Below, in pieces: positions 52,651-64,000 of a DNA stretch of 64,000 bases. The position numbers and the translations under genes were made by a program. Position 1 is the stretch's first letter; each line of letters begins with the position of its first letter. Source of the stretch: Lytechinus pictus (Eukaryota); contig NC_087245.1 in the NCBI RefSeq assembly GCF_037042905.1, forward strand, positions 43,774,001 to 43,838,000, given 5' to 3'. The notes beneath the pieces were generated by a model. It saw nothing but the letters and a program-made list of their open reading frames with translations, was not told where the DNA came from and did not search any database.

Positions 52651-54431
52651 TATAACTGGCGAACCCTTTCTCCTATTATGACTAGCGACCCTCATGTGTT
52701 ATTATGACTGGCGAGCCCCATCAGTTATTATGACTGGCGACCCTCATCTACTATTATGACTGGCGAACCCTTCTACTTTTATGAGTAGCGACCCTCATCT
52801 ACCATTATGACTAGCGAACACCTTCTACTATTATGACTGGCGACCCTCATCCACTGTTATGACTGGCGACCCTCATCCACTATTATGACTGGCGAACCCC
52901 ATCTACTATTATGACTAGCGACCCTCATCTACCATTATGACTGGCGAACCCCTTCTACTAATATGACTGGCGACCCTCATCCATTATTATGACTGGCGAA
53001 CCCTTTCTATTATTATGAATAGCGACCCTCATCCATTATTATGACTGGCGAACCCTTTCTACTATTATGAAAAGCAACCCTCATCTACCATTATGACTGG
53101 CGACCCTCATCCATTATTATGACTGACGAACCCTTTCTACTATTATGACTGGCGACCCTCATCCACTATTATGACTGGCGAACCCTTTCTACTATTATGA
53201 ATAGTGACCCTCATCCACTATTATGACTGGCGAACCCCATCTACTATTATGACTAGCGACCCTCATCCATTATTATGACTGGCGAACCCTTTCTACTATT
53301 ATGACTAGCGACCCTCATCTACCATTATGACTGGCGAACCCCTTCTACTATTATGACTGGCGAACCCCTTTTAGTATTATGACTGGCGACTCTCATCCAC
53401 TGTTATGACTGGCGACCCTCATCCACTATTATGACTGGCGAACCCCATCTACTAATATGACTAGCGACCCTCATCTACCATTATGACTGGCGAACCCCTT
53501 CTACTATTATGACTGGCTAACCCCTTTTAGTATTATGACTGGCGACCCTCATCCACTATTATGACTGGCGAACCCCATCTACTATTATGACTGGCGAACC
53601 CCTTCTACTATTATGACTGGCGACCCTCATCCATTATTACGACTGGCGAACCCTTTCTATTATTATGAATAGCGACCCTCATCCATTATTATGACTGGCG
53701 AACCCTTTCTACTATTATGAAAAGCGACCCTCATCTACCATTATGACTGGCAACCCTCATCCATTATTATGATTGACGAACCCTTTCTACTATTATGACT
53801 GGCGACCCTCATCCACTATTATGACTGGCGAACCCCATCTACTATTATGACTGTCGACCCTCATCTACCATTTTGACTGGCGAACCCCTTCTACTATTAT
53901 GACTGGCGAACCCCTTTTAGTATTATGACTGGCGACCCTCATCCACTGTTATGACTGGCGACCCTCATCCACTATTATGACTGGCGAACCCCATCTACTA
54001 TTATGACTAGCGACCCTCATCTACCATTATGACTGGCGAACCCCTTCTACTATTATGACTGGCGACCCTCATCCATTATTATGACTGGCGAACCCTTTCT
54101 ACTACAGTATTATGAATAGCGACCCTCATCCATTATTATGACTGGCGAACCCCTTCTACTATTATGACTGGCGACCCTCATCCATTATTATGAATGGCGA
54201 CCCTTATGATCAACGAACCCTTTCCCTCCTTATGATTGGCGACCCTCTTCCTTTATTATGACTAGCGACCCTCTTGTTTGATTATGAATGGCGACCCCCA
54301 TCGTTGATTATGACTAGCGACCTCTATGAACAAAGCCCCTTATGCATAGCGACCCTTATGACTATTATGATTAGCGGTCCTTATAACTAGCGGGTATGAC
54401 CAGTGGTCCTTATGACTGGCGGGTGGACCCC
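52651..54431 (-). repeat. Right arm: the same 26-bp array inverted (about 65 units)
   Basis: Units gcgaaccccttctactattatgactg and gcgaccctcatccactattatgactg. Confidence 0.95.
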
Positions 54432-55015
54432 GAGTAGCCACCCTACATTTTTGCAGATTTTTGCTAATTATTAAAAAATTAGTCAATTTTGAGCCACCAT
54501 TGAAGCAAAAGGCGTTTCTGCTATAGAGTAAAGTCACTTATTTTTTGAAACCACTTGGAGATGAAAGAGAAGGCTTTTTATCTAACAGCTACATATAAAA
54601 GATTGTTAGCACATCAATGCCTTCCCTCTTAAGGAGCTCCAAATTGACAGATTTTCTCATAAATTGAAAAAAAAATATGGAAAAGGGGTGGATATGACTT
54701 TGGTGAAGTAGCATAATAATAGTATAATAGTATGTGACAGGTCCAATGGCTACTTTCATTTTTCTCATGAACTCTGAGATCGAACAGGCATAAACTGACA
54801 TGTTTTTGGTGTACGACGTCACGTGACTAGCACTTGATAATTTACGTGCCTAGACCCTTTCATTTTAAACAATACAGTCCAAACAGAATCGAATTTATGT
54901 AACAATGTTCTTGTAGTATAAATCATTGCTTACTGATATTTATAACATAGTTATAGTTTGAGAATATAGCATCAAGTCCGGAATTGATTTGATTTGCAAT
55001 CAGGTCTGAGTACAT

Positions 55016-55690
55016 CCCGGGGGGGCCACTTACATTGACGAGTGGATACCATGCGCGGCCAAAAAAACACGTAAAAAGGATGTCCTTTTCACGATAGGGC
55101 ACGTTACGTACGTAACGTGATAAGGGTGTCAAAAACACAAAAATAATAAAAAAAAGGGTGTCTATTTCGCTAGGAAAATTACGTGTTTAGGGTCGAATTT
55201 GCGGGAATGATAAAACAAAATTAAAATGTTTTATAAAGGATGTCCATTTTGCCCCAACACTTCGTGTTTAGAGTCCGATTTGCGCGACACGGTGTAGAAA
55301 GTGGGGTCGTACTAAACCAAATAAGGTATACTACCCTTAACAAGTATTGGAAACAAAACGATACTCTTGGCAAATATTCCCTGAAATGAACCCCTAAACA
55401 AGTACAGGAATGTTTTATTGTTATGGGTCCTTCGGTCGTCGGCTTTATAAAGCCGACGACCGAAGGACCCATAACAATAAAACATTCCTGTACTTGTTTA
55501 GGGGTTCATTTCAGGGAATATTTGCCAAGAGTATCGTTTTGTTTCCAATACTTGTTAAGGGTAGGGTTTCACGCGCCAATACTTGTTAAGGGGTGCATTT
55601 TCAGAATATGGAAATTACGTGTTTAGGGTGCTTTTCGAGACCCCATGGTCGCGCATGGTATCCACTCGTGAATGGAAGTGGCCCCCCGGG
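55016..55690. mobile_element. MITE with CCCGGG ends and 8-bp TSD
   Basis: cccggggggg ccactt...tggataccatgcgcg and its inverse at the right end; TSD gagtacat at 55008-55015 and 55691-55698. Confidence 0.9.
55331..55564. repeat. 234-bp perfect palindrome with no spacer
   Basis: Centre ggcttta|taaagcc at 55447/55448. The ORF track shows identical N-termini on both strands. Confidence 0.93.
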
Positions 55691-55951
55691 GAGTACATAG
55701 TATTGACTTGCATTGTCTGTTACATGAACTAAATGAGCGAATATGACAAAAACTAGCAATTATGTTTATGCAAATTAGAACACTTTTCCCTATTAAGGTT
55801 TTTGGGGGCTTTTAGTATGGTCTTCTATGGACCTTAAAGAAATGTTCTGCATTGGAAAAAATTCTGCAATTTGTTCCAAGTGAAAAGTTGAAATGACTGG
55901 ACTATAATTTTCCACATTATCTATCATTACTACTTCAGATTTTGAATAAAT

Positions 55952-56170
55952 CATTGTCAATGCTGGTGCACTTTCAACATGCAAGTATATGTATCGAGAC
56001 ATGAATGCATATAAATAAGCAAGAACAGAAGAATGACAGATGCACCCCTACCCAGGTCTAAAAATGTGACTCTTGTACCAAGAGTTATGACAAGGATGAT
56101 TCTTTGCAAAGACACAAGATAGAAGTTCATCTCAGAAAGTATCATTGCAGTAATAGTGATAATATTTAGT
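55952..56170 (+). pseudogene. Decayed C2H2 zinc-finger fragment
   Basis: 56065-56130 encodes CDSCTKSYDKDDSLQRHKIEVH (C-x2-C-x12-H-x4-H), with degenerate fingers on both sides, stops and a frameshift. Confidence 0.6.
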
Positions 56171-56276
56171 AATAATCTTTTATACACATAGAACAGTTGA
56201 GATGGATCGCCAACAAGTGGCCCATGCCATACATGTAGCTGCAGTTCCAGAGAAGTAGAAATAGTGCCCAAGTCCT

Positions 56277-56880
56277 CAACCATTACCTGATATTGAATAC
56301 CAGTCAAACCAAAGAAATTATCATTGATTTCGGAAAGGTGGTACGATTTATGAACCACTCCACATTCACAGATATATCATTGTCTTGAACAGGTACATGA
56401 ATACAAATACCTGGGAACTGTCATTGATGAGCTCTCTTGGAAGAAGAACTGTCTGTCAATTCAAAAGAAAACAAATCAAAGGATGTTTTTCTTGCGAAAA
56501 CTAAGAAGCTTTCATATCGACAAAACTATCTTAAAACTGTTCTACCATTCGATCATCAAAAGTGTAGCAATATTCAACCTGATATATACTTTGGGCAATT
56601 TGTCAAATGAGCAGGACGCAAAATAATTTGCACTCGACGAGTTGCACAAAGGGTGAAAGGAATCGAACTGTCCCAAGTCCAGGCACTTTATAAAGGATGC
56701 CTACTTACCAAAGTCCGGACCATAATGGCAGACAGTTCTCACCCCCTCAATGATTGTTACAGGTTTAACCATTCTGCAATACGACCGTGTCCATCCCACA
56801 CTCGTCTTTCATGTTATCGGGACTCCTTTATTCTGAATTCTATACAAATGTACAACTCAAATGTAACACGATGGTGTCAT
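56277..56880 (+). pseudogene. Rex1/Babar-clade LINE 3' fragment
   Basis: HYLILNTSQTKEIIIDFGK, EQVHEYKYLG, QRMFFLRKLRSFHIDKTILKLFYHSII, IMADSSHPL and RDSFI motifs. Confidence 0.85.
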
Positions 56881-57058
56881 ATTCTTCTATTCCACTCAAA
56901 TGTAACACGATGTCATATTCTTTCTCCTTATTCTTCTTCCTTCTCCTATTTCTTCTCTCCTCTTTTATCTTCTTCACCTTCTCCTTTCCTCTCCTTCTCT
57001 CTAACTTACTTTCACCATTGTCTTGTACGAGTGTTATATTATAAACCCCTCAAAGAAA

Positions 57059-57450
57059 GTTTGGAAAACTGTGTTTGGCCATTAATTTCTCCCAACTCCC
57101 AATTTTACACAAAGCATATTTTACATCATTTAAAAGATCATTTAATTCTCTTTAAAATGATACCATGCTTGTTATGATCATGCCATCACGAAAAGAACAG
57201 AATTCAAAAGTGTTGGATGAGGTCTGAATTGAAAAGCTGCAAAACGAGCAAAAAAAGGTTTGGAAATCTGAGTTTGACCATTAATTTCTCCCAACTCCCA
57301 ATTTTACACAAATCATATTTGATATCATTCAAAAGATCATTTAATTCTCTTTAAAATGATACCATGCTTGTTATGATCATGCCATCACGAAAGAGCAGGA
57401 TTCAAAAGTGTTGGATGAGGTCCGAATTGAAAAGCTGCAAAACGAGCAGA
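57059..57450. repeat. Tandem duplication of about 199 bp
   Basis: ttaatttctcccaactccc at 57082 and 57281, followed by near-identical sequence through gcaaaacgagca. Confidence 0.88.
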
Positions 57451-57847
57451 AATAATCATGAAGGGTCAATACAGAACATGATTCTTTTGTCTGTGTCAGT
57501 AGAGATGAAAATCCATTCAAATCAAGCCCCTGCTTCTGTAGTGATGGTTCTGTGAGATAACATGGTTTGAATCGTGGTTTGAAATACCCATGCATGTTTG
57601 TTTGTTGTGTGTTTGCTTGTGGAGAGGTGTGTTTGATTCCATGTTAATGTTGATGTTGAGGTGCATGAAAACAATTAAAAGTAACCGCTGAGAAACTCAC
57701 TCATCATATTGTGTCATTTTGCAACTTTTGAATTTTGACCTTGCCCCCCATTTCAAGGCATGTTTCATCAACACTTGTCTGAAAATTGTCAGATCTGACA
57801 AAAATTTCCCTCATTTCAATTTGCCAAGCACTTGACTATGGTAACAG

Positions 57848-58754
57848 TGTTACGATACTGCAACAAATAACAATAAAAACCAATTAAAATAGTTTTAAAT
57901 TTGATTTCCTTTTCTTTATTACAGGAAATAAATCATACACTAAACAGAACAAAAAAAAAATAATGACCTTCACCTCTTAAAGAGGTAGATGTGTGATCCA
58001 AAATTATGATAGTCCTGTATTAGATCCAGATAAAATCCAAGTTGGCTGGGAAAGATTCCTTAAATTAAAGTTCACAATGATGGCGATGATGAAATTGATG
58101 TTGAAGCACGATGAATAACAAGAGTCACTGTAACGAGTTGAAATGTCTGTGCAGACGGTGTTGATGATGATGAACAGTATATTTCAGCAATCAATGGGTT
58201 GAAAAGCGTTCATTAAAACAGGTTGATGATTTCAACTGCAAACAGTTCATTGATGGCATGCAAATAAGTCCACAGAAGATAAATGTTGTATTCCAGTTGG
58301 AAATAAACTATGCTCTGACATAAAGTCTGGTGTGAAACTCTGAGTTCTGATCTGATGTGATGATGTCCTTGAAGAAAATTCCAGTTTATATATGTATATA
58401 TAAATTTCCACTATTCTGGAAGCTTCTAGTATTGTCTACAAAAAGAACATTCTGCCACTTTCTAGAACAGTCTAATTTTAGAAGATTCTTGAATGACCTC
58501 AGTGAAATTAACAATGTAAACAACATAGCTAATCCTATTGTCCTTTTCCACTACAACTAGGAGTCTATTGTGTAGCAATCTCTATTGTTTGTACATTCCA
58601 GAAATAACAAAGATTACTCCATCTCAGTAAGCATGCCTAACAAAGCTTTACTGAGACATTCTGGAATATTCTTGATCATTATATGCTATGAATATCCTTA
58701 ATGAGGAAATAACTAAATGAATTAATGTAATTGCTCTTACAATTCTTTTATATA
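57848..58754 (-). mobile_element. Probable solo LTR
   Basis: Begins TGTTA; taacag on both flanks (57842-57847, 58755-58760); TATA-like tract near 58390 and minus-strand AATAAA near 57916. The right end lacks a clean CA. Confidence 0.5.
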
Positions 58755-58762
58755 TAACAGTC

Positions 58763-60352
58763 CAACCGCGTAGCCAGGATTTAATTTTGGAGGGGGCGGT
58801 AAGTGCATGCAAAGCGTGCCAACACTTACAGAGCGCGCGCTCAAGTTTTTGATATCTCATCACGTTCAAATCAAAAGAAGGCGTTTCTTGCGTCTCTAGT
58901 ACCCTCATAAACTCAAATATTGACTTGCTCTGATTTAAAAAAAAAAAGTTTTCTAAAGAAATTATGAGCTTCCAAAAAATGGGAAAAGATTGAAGAATTT
59001 GAAATAATTCCTCTTACCGCGCGAAGCGCGGAAGCTTAAAATGTTGCATAAAAATAGAGAACAGAAATGATAAGCCTACAATATTGTGCCTACCTTGGTC
59101 ACATCAGATTTGTGGCCCACTGGATTAGTCTTTGGACTTTGAAACAGAGGGTCGTGGGTTCGAATCCCAGCCATGGCGTAATTTCCTTCAGCAAGAAACT
59201 GATCCACAATGTGCTGCACTCAACCCAGGTGAGGTAAATGGGTACCGGTAGGAAGTAATTCCTTAAAAAGCTGTGTGCGCTATGAACGCCTAGCTTAGCC
59301 GGGTAATATAGGAACGCCTTGAGCACCTAACAAAGTGGACATGTGCGCAATATAAATACCCTATATTATTTGATTGTAAAAAGTTTAAATTTTGTTAACT
59401 CAAGTCGCAAAACAGAGTAGAAGACAGGTATATAAAGAAAGGAAATAGGCCATATTCCTTCCCGCAAATGCTCTGAAGTTTAGAAATTTCTCTGAAACTT
59501 TAACCTGTTCTAATTTTGATATTTTTTAGAGAAGAAAAACAAGCTCAAAATGTGAAAGGGATGGCGCAAGCTAGAAGAGAGACTTTTCCTTTCCCATGCT
59601 CGCAAAGTACGGAAACCTCTGTGATTTATTTTGGAAGAAAAAACAATTGTGTAATTTTGCTCATATTAAGCACTTCCTTTTGTTTAAGAAACTTCAGTGA
59701 TAATCAAAATGTCAAATCAATGGCGCAAAACAAGACAGGAGATGGATGTGCATCGATATAGAATAAAGTTTAATATCTTACATACTTTTGCATATAGCAC
59801 GGCACGAATTTAATGCCTCCCCCTTTGAGCAGATACTCTATCAAAAATTACTTGCTGAAAAGCGGAAGAAAATAGCATTTAGGGATAAGGGGAGTGATGG
59901 TAATGTTTACCCGCTCTGAACAGAAGAGCCAAAATTTTATATCAATGCAATATGAAAAAAAATACTTTTCATGCTCTTTACTCCCATGTATACTTTATAA
60001 CTTCTGGCAAGAATATACGATTCCCACAGCCGGAAAGGGTAAAAACGGAGAAGAAAAAGGTGTGAGAAACAAAAGGGAATGGCAATTTCTATAGTTTTCC
60101 CGCGCAGAGCGCGGAAGCAAGATTTTGTATGAAGAGAGAAGAACGTCTCGTTTAGGTTTTTATCCTTTTGACCAAAAAAAAGAGAAAAAAAAACAAGAGA
60201 GCTATACCTTTCTTCCCTTTCCTTCTTTCCCTTTTCTTTTTCTCCTTTTCCCTTTTCTTTTTCTCCTTTTCCCCTTCTTTTTTTTCTTTTTGGGGGCGTT
60301 TTGGGGGGGGGGGGCGACTGCCCCCACCGCCCCCCCCCTGGCTACGCGCCTG
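58763..60352. mobile_element. hAT-like non-autonomous element containing a SINE
   Basis: caaccgcgtagccagg / cctggctacgcgcctg; flanks taacagtc and caacagtc (7/8). Confidence 0.72.
59110..59370 (+). mobile_element. tRNA-derived SINE, copy 2
   Basis: Same head (gggttcgaatcccagccatggcg) and body as 24798-25083. Confidence 0.85.
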
Positions 60353-61016
60353 CAACAGTCAGATAAAAAACAGGACTTGTCAGATAAAATGTCCGACATG
60401 TCTTTTCACAAGACGTTCCCAGCGTGTTGGTTTCTTCTGACGCCATAAATGATGCCGACTTTTTTTTTATTAAACATCACCAACACAAGCTCGATGCATC
60501 TTACTGCTTCTGTACTGTCCACGGGGTTTGGTTCAACTAGGATTGGCTGCCAATGCTCATAAGACGGCTGATGACGTACCAGCAGCAAAGAAGGACACGT
60601 TCTTGTCTGTGATCTTGAACTGCAGCGTCTTCTTGGATCTCCTTCCATTCTCCAGACTTGATGAGTTCCGTCTGATTATCAACTGTATCAAACAATAATC
60701 AGGTAATACAATACCGCTTCATTCATAAATTGTAATGAACTACTTTGAAAATCTACATCTCATCAGAGAAGTCAGAATTGGTGTCACATTTTTTATGATA
60801 AAACTAACAAATTTGACATAATTTTAACCAGTGTTGAATGGTGTGAATATCGTCTGCTGAATCGAGCATTACCTTCAGGACAACCTACGTTAAATTTCCT
60901 TATTCACAAACAACCGATCCTCCAGGGATTGGGATAATTAATCTCAAGCTGATTAAAAAGATGATACATCATGATAAAATGAGCTTTCACATTTAAAATA
61001 AGTGCAAATCATTATA

Positions 61017-61870
61017 CAGTGCGTATAAAAAAATAACAGGACCGATTTGAAAAGTCTATAAGATTTTTGTTTAAAATTATGATGTCTATATTTTGGTGCA
61101 AATAGGTGCTCTGAAGTCTTTCAAATGCCATTAAGTCTTTCAAATGCCATTAAAAATATTTAGTTTCGAGGTCTGAGGTTTAAATGGAGGCTTGTGCCAA
61201 AATAGCATAAAATTATAAATATGTTGATCAGACTTTACATTTTATCCAATCTGCCATATCTAGCTCCTTCAAATTTGACTCAATACACCATTGCCATTGA
61301 AAGACATGAATTCTTTCCTGTTTGTCCTGTCAAGCACATAATTAAACTTGGTCAAGGAATCAATAACCCCTTGAAAATTAGATTAATGTTTTTTAAAGGT
61401 ACCATAATTCGTTTCACATAATAAAAGGATTTGAATAATTACAAGTTCTCCCAATTAATAGTGCAAATCTTCTTGCTTGGGTTGACCAAAAAAGTCTTCT
61501 TTTCTTACTTATGAAAGAAAATTCAAAGGTAAAAGAAGTTTAAATAAAAAACCCAAAATAATTCAAGTAAATAAATGAATTTGTAAATGAAATTTGACAG
61601 CATAATTCGAAAATCATGGCAAAGATAATGAAAAGATTAAAGGAAGTCTGCTGATTAGCAAGAAGTCTGATCATCAAATTTCTCATTTCTGCCTCTTTTT
61701 GAACCCCTGACAAAAACGTCCCGTGTTTGCTCAAGCATGAACAAAATTTATTTTCTTGAATTTAATTTCAAAGATAAGATTTCAGAGCATCTATTAACAT
61801 CAAACTATAGATATCATAATATGTAACAAATATTTTATAGACTTTTCAAAATTGTCCTGTTTTTATTATG
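61017..61870. mobile_element. Tc1/mariner-like MITE with eroded right end
   Basis: ta|cagtgcgtat...acaggac...tgaaaagtctataa versus ttatagacttttcaaaattgtcctgt. Confidence 0.55.
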
Positions 61871-62810
61871 TGTTTCTTTGTTTTTTCATCTTGTTTTTCA
61901 TTGTTTTTTTCAATGAAAATTATTACAGACCATTTAACAACTAAATCAAACCCTGAATTAATTAAGCAGATTAATTACAACGAAAAATAATCACCCTTTT
62001 ATGAATTTCATCTCCCATATACTTTGTACACAAAGTATAAAAATGAGCCATTTTCGGCATGACATTGCCTCGTAAAAAGTCACGTGACATCACGATGGTA
62101 TACCCGTATGTCGCGAATTTGGTCTCAACAGTTGCGCGAGATTCAAAGAAAAAAGAAATAACATTTTGTGGCGCCATCTTTTTGTATTTCGGAAATATTT
62201 CGCGAAGCGTCGAGGGGGGGGGGCATCATGCCCCCCTCCCCCAGTCATTTAAGGGTTAACTGGGCTATTTCAGACCAACATATACTGGGGGGGTCAATTT
62301 GAACCCTCCCCCTAAGATCTCTGCCATTGATTGCGCGATCGCCGCAAGAATTTGCACGTGTGTAGAACCAGATGTAAACTACAAGACTGTATAGTAAAAT
62401 TTTCAAAAAATTAATTGCTTATTTTTTGTATTAATTATGCAAATAAGCGTATGAAATTTGCCCTAATTGGGTTTTTTTGTGTAGTTTTTGCATTTAACTC
62501 AATTTATATCGCTAGTAGAATGCTAATTCTTGGTGAACAAATAAATTTTTACATTTCTAACAAAAAGCTACAAAAATTGCCCCCCAAAAATAAATTTCCT
62601 ATGTATCTTATTGTTTTTTTAATTCTTATGTACTTCTTTGTATTTTCAAACCTCTGTTTTTTATTGTTTTATTTTAATGAAATTTGCCAGGGACCCTTTT
62701 GCAATCATAAATAACATGAAATAAATCCATCTAAACCAACAAAAGTTGAAATAATCATACAATTATTATTTTTGGTTGAAAAAGACAATATGCATTGACG
62801 AGTTAATTAA

Positions 62811-63557
62811 CCCTATCTAGGCCGGAGTATTTTGGGAGTTTATATGGCCAGGGGGGGGCTCCCAGGCCCCCCTTGAGATCTCGGCCGTCAACCACGCGAT
62901 CGCACCTAAAATTGGCACACTGGTTGTCTGGGACATAATCTACAAAATTGTATAGTAATTCATTTCATGCGAATTGCTAATAAGTGATTATACTAATTTA
63001 TGCGTAATTAGTATGTGAAATCATACTTTTTCCCCTAACTCCCTAAATAAAGCTCCAAATGTTCTAATTTTTTGCACAAAAACTCCTTGTGGTGTTCTTA
63101 GCAAGTGTACATGAACAAAATTGCGATATCAAATCATTTTCTTATGTATTATGTTTTTTGCAATTTCTTATGTATTTACTTGTTTTTTCCCTTTCGTTTT
63201 TCATAGTTTCTTCAATGAATCTCTTCTGAGATCATGTAAAGCATAAAATAAATACATTAAGACCAGCAAACTAAAAATAATCATACATTTAGGATTTTTG
63301 GTTGAAAACACAATTTGCATTGACTTTGTACACAAAATCACGTTTTTGAGCAATTTTTGGTCTGACATGCACTTACATAATGTTGCATAGTTTCGGAACC
63401 ACATACCCGGGTGACGCAAAATTGGTCTCAAAAGTTGCGCAAGACTTGAAAGTAAAAAGTCAGTGAGCAGCGCGGTCAAAAAATTTCGCGCGGCAAAAAT
63501 ATTGCGCGAATTGTTCAGGGGGGCCTCCGAGGCCCCTCCCCCCCGGCCTAGATAGGG
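62811..63557. mobile_element. piggyBac-like MITE (TTAA TSD, CCCT...AGGG)
   Basis: ttaa|ccctatctaggccgg...ccggcctagataggg|ttaa; partial family copies immediately upstream (about 61870-62800). Confidence 0.88.
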
Positions 63558-63796
63558 TTAAGGGTTAAATCTACGATGAGATTAACTGCAATTTCTCTTT
63601 CTTTGTTGAGATGATTGGTAGTGCGGCACAGAGGCATGACATTATGAGATATAGTATTGGTATCATATTCTGGAACTAGCTTTATGTTTTTTAATTAATT
63701 TTCCACAAAATATTTAAATACACAAAAGGTATTATACATCTGGAAGGACCAAATGAAGCACAAACGCTTTTAAAAATTGGCCCAATAATATCAAAT

Positions 63797-64000
63797 CAAT
63801 GGATCAGTCTTCTGACTTTGAAACAGAGGGTCGTGGGATCGAATCCCAGCCATGGCGTAATTTTCTTCAGCAAGAAATTTATCCACATTGTGCTGCACTC
63901 AACCAGGTGAGGTGAATGGGTACCCGGCAGGATTAATTCCTTGAATGCACTGAGCGCTGAAAGGCAGCTCGAACTAAAGCCGGGGAAATGATAATGATAA
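63797..64000 (+). mobile_element. tRNA-derived SINE, copy 3 (5'-truncated)
   Basis: gactttgaaacagagggtcgtgggatcgaatcccagccatggcg followed by the same body as the other copies. Confidence 0.82.

Larger units (their letters stand above)
43259..54431. mobile_element. 11.2-kb foldback-type transposon with tandem-repeat TIR arms and 8-bp TSD
   Basis: TSD gagtagcc at 43251-43258 and 54432-54439. Termini ggggtaagcccgtcagtcatcaggacca versus reverse complement ggggtccacccgccagtcataaggacca (23/28 identical). The host repeat unit resumes after the element. Confidence 0.9.

Noticed and set aside
55221..55626. Two opposite-strand ORFs with identical N-termini as a gene pair
   Set aside because: They are an automatic consequence of the DNA palindrome.

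Overview
AT-rich, repeat-dense animal genomic DNA. The repeat families suggest a marine invertebrate, probably a sea urchin (inference). The first 28 kb holds 13 coding exons of a canonical TRP cation channel (TRPC4/5- or TRP-gamma-like, + strand, 1824-28051, about 902 aa, one open frame across GT-AG introns; the N-terminus lies upstream of the window). Its introns carry a decayed L1/Tx1 LINE with a 17-bp TSD, a decayed PIF/Harbinger transposon, a small foldback element, MITEs and a SINE. The remaining 36 kb is nested transposons. The most striking structure is an 11.2-kb foldback-type element (43259-54431) with arms of about 2.3 and 1.8 kb built from a 26-bp tandem unit, an exact 8-bp TSD and no visible transposase. 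Also notable: a 234-bp perfect palindrome inside a MITE, a decayed C2H2 zinc-finger fragment, and two unusual channel features (a C-terminal CKTQ CaaX-like motif and a repositioned C-x4-C pair near the pore). Coordinates were read by hand and no database search was run.
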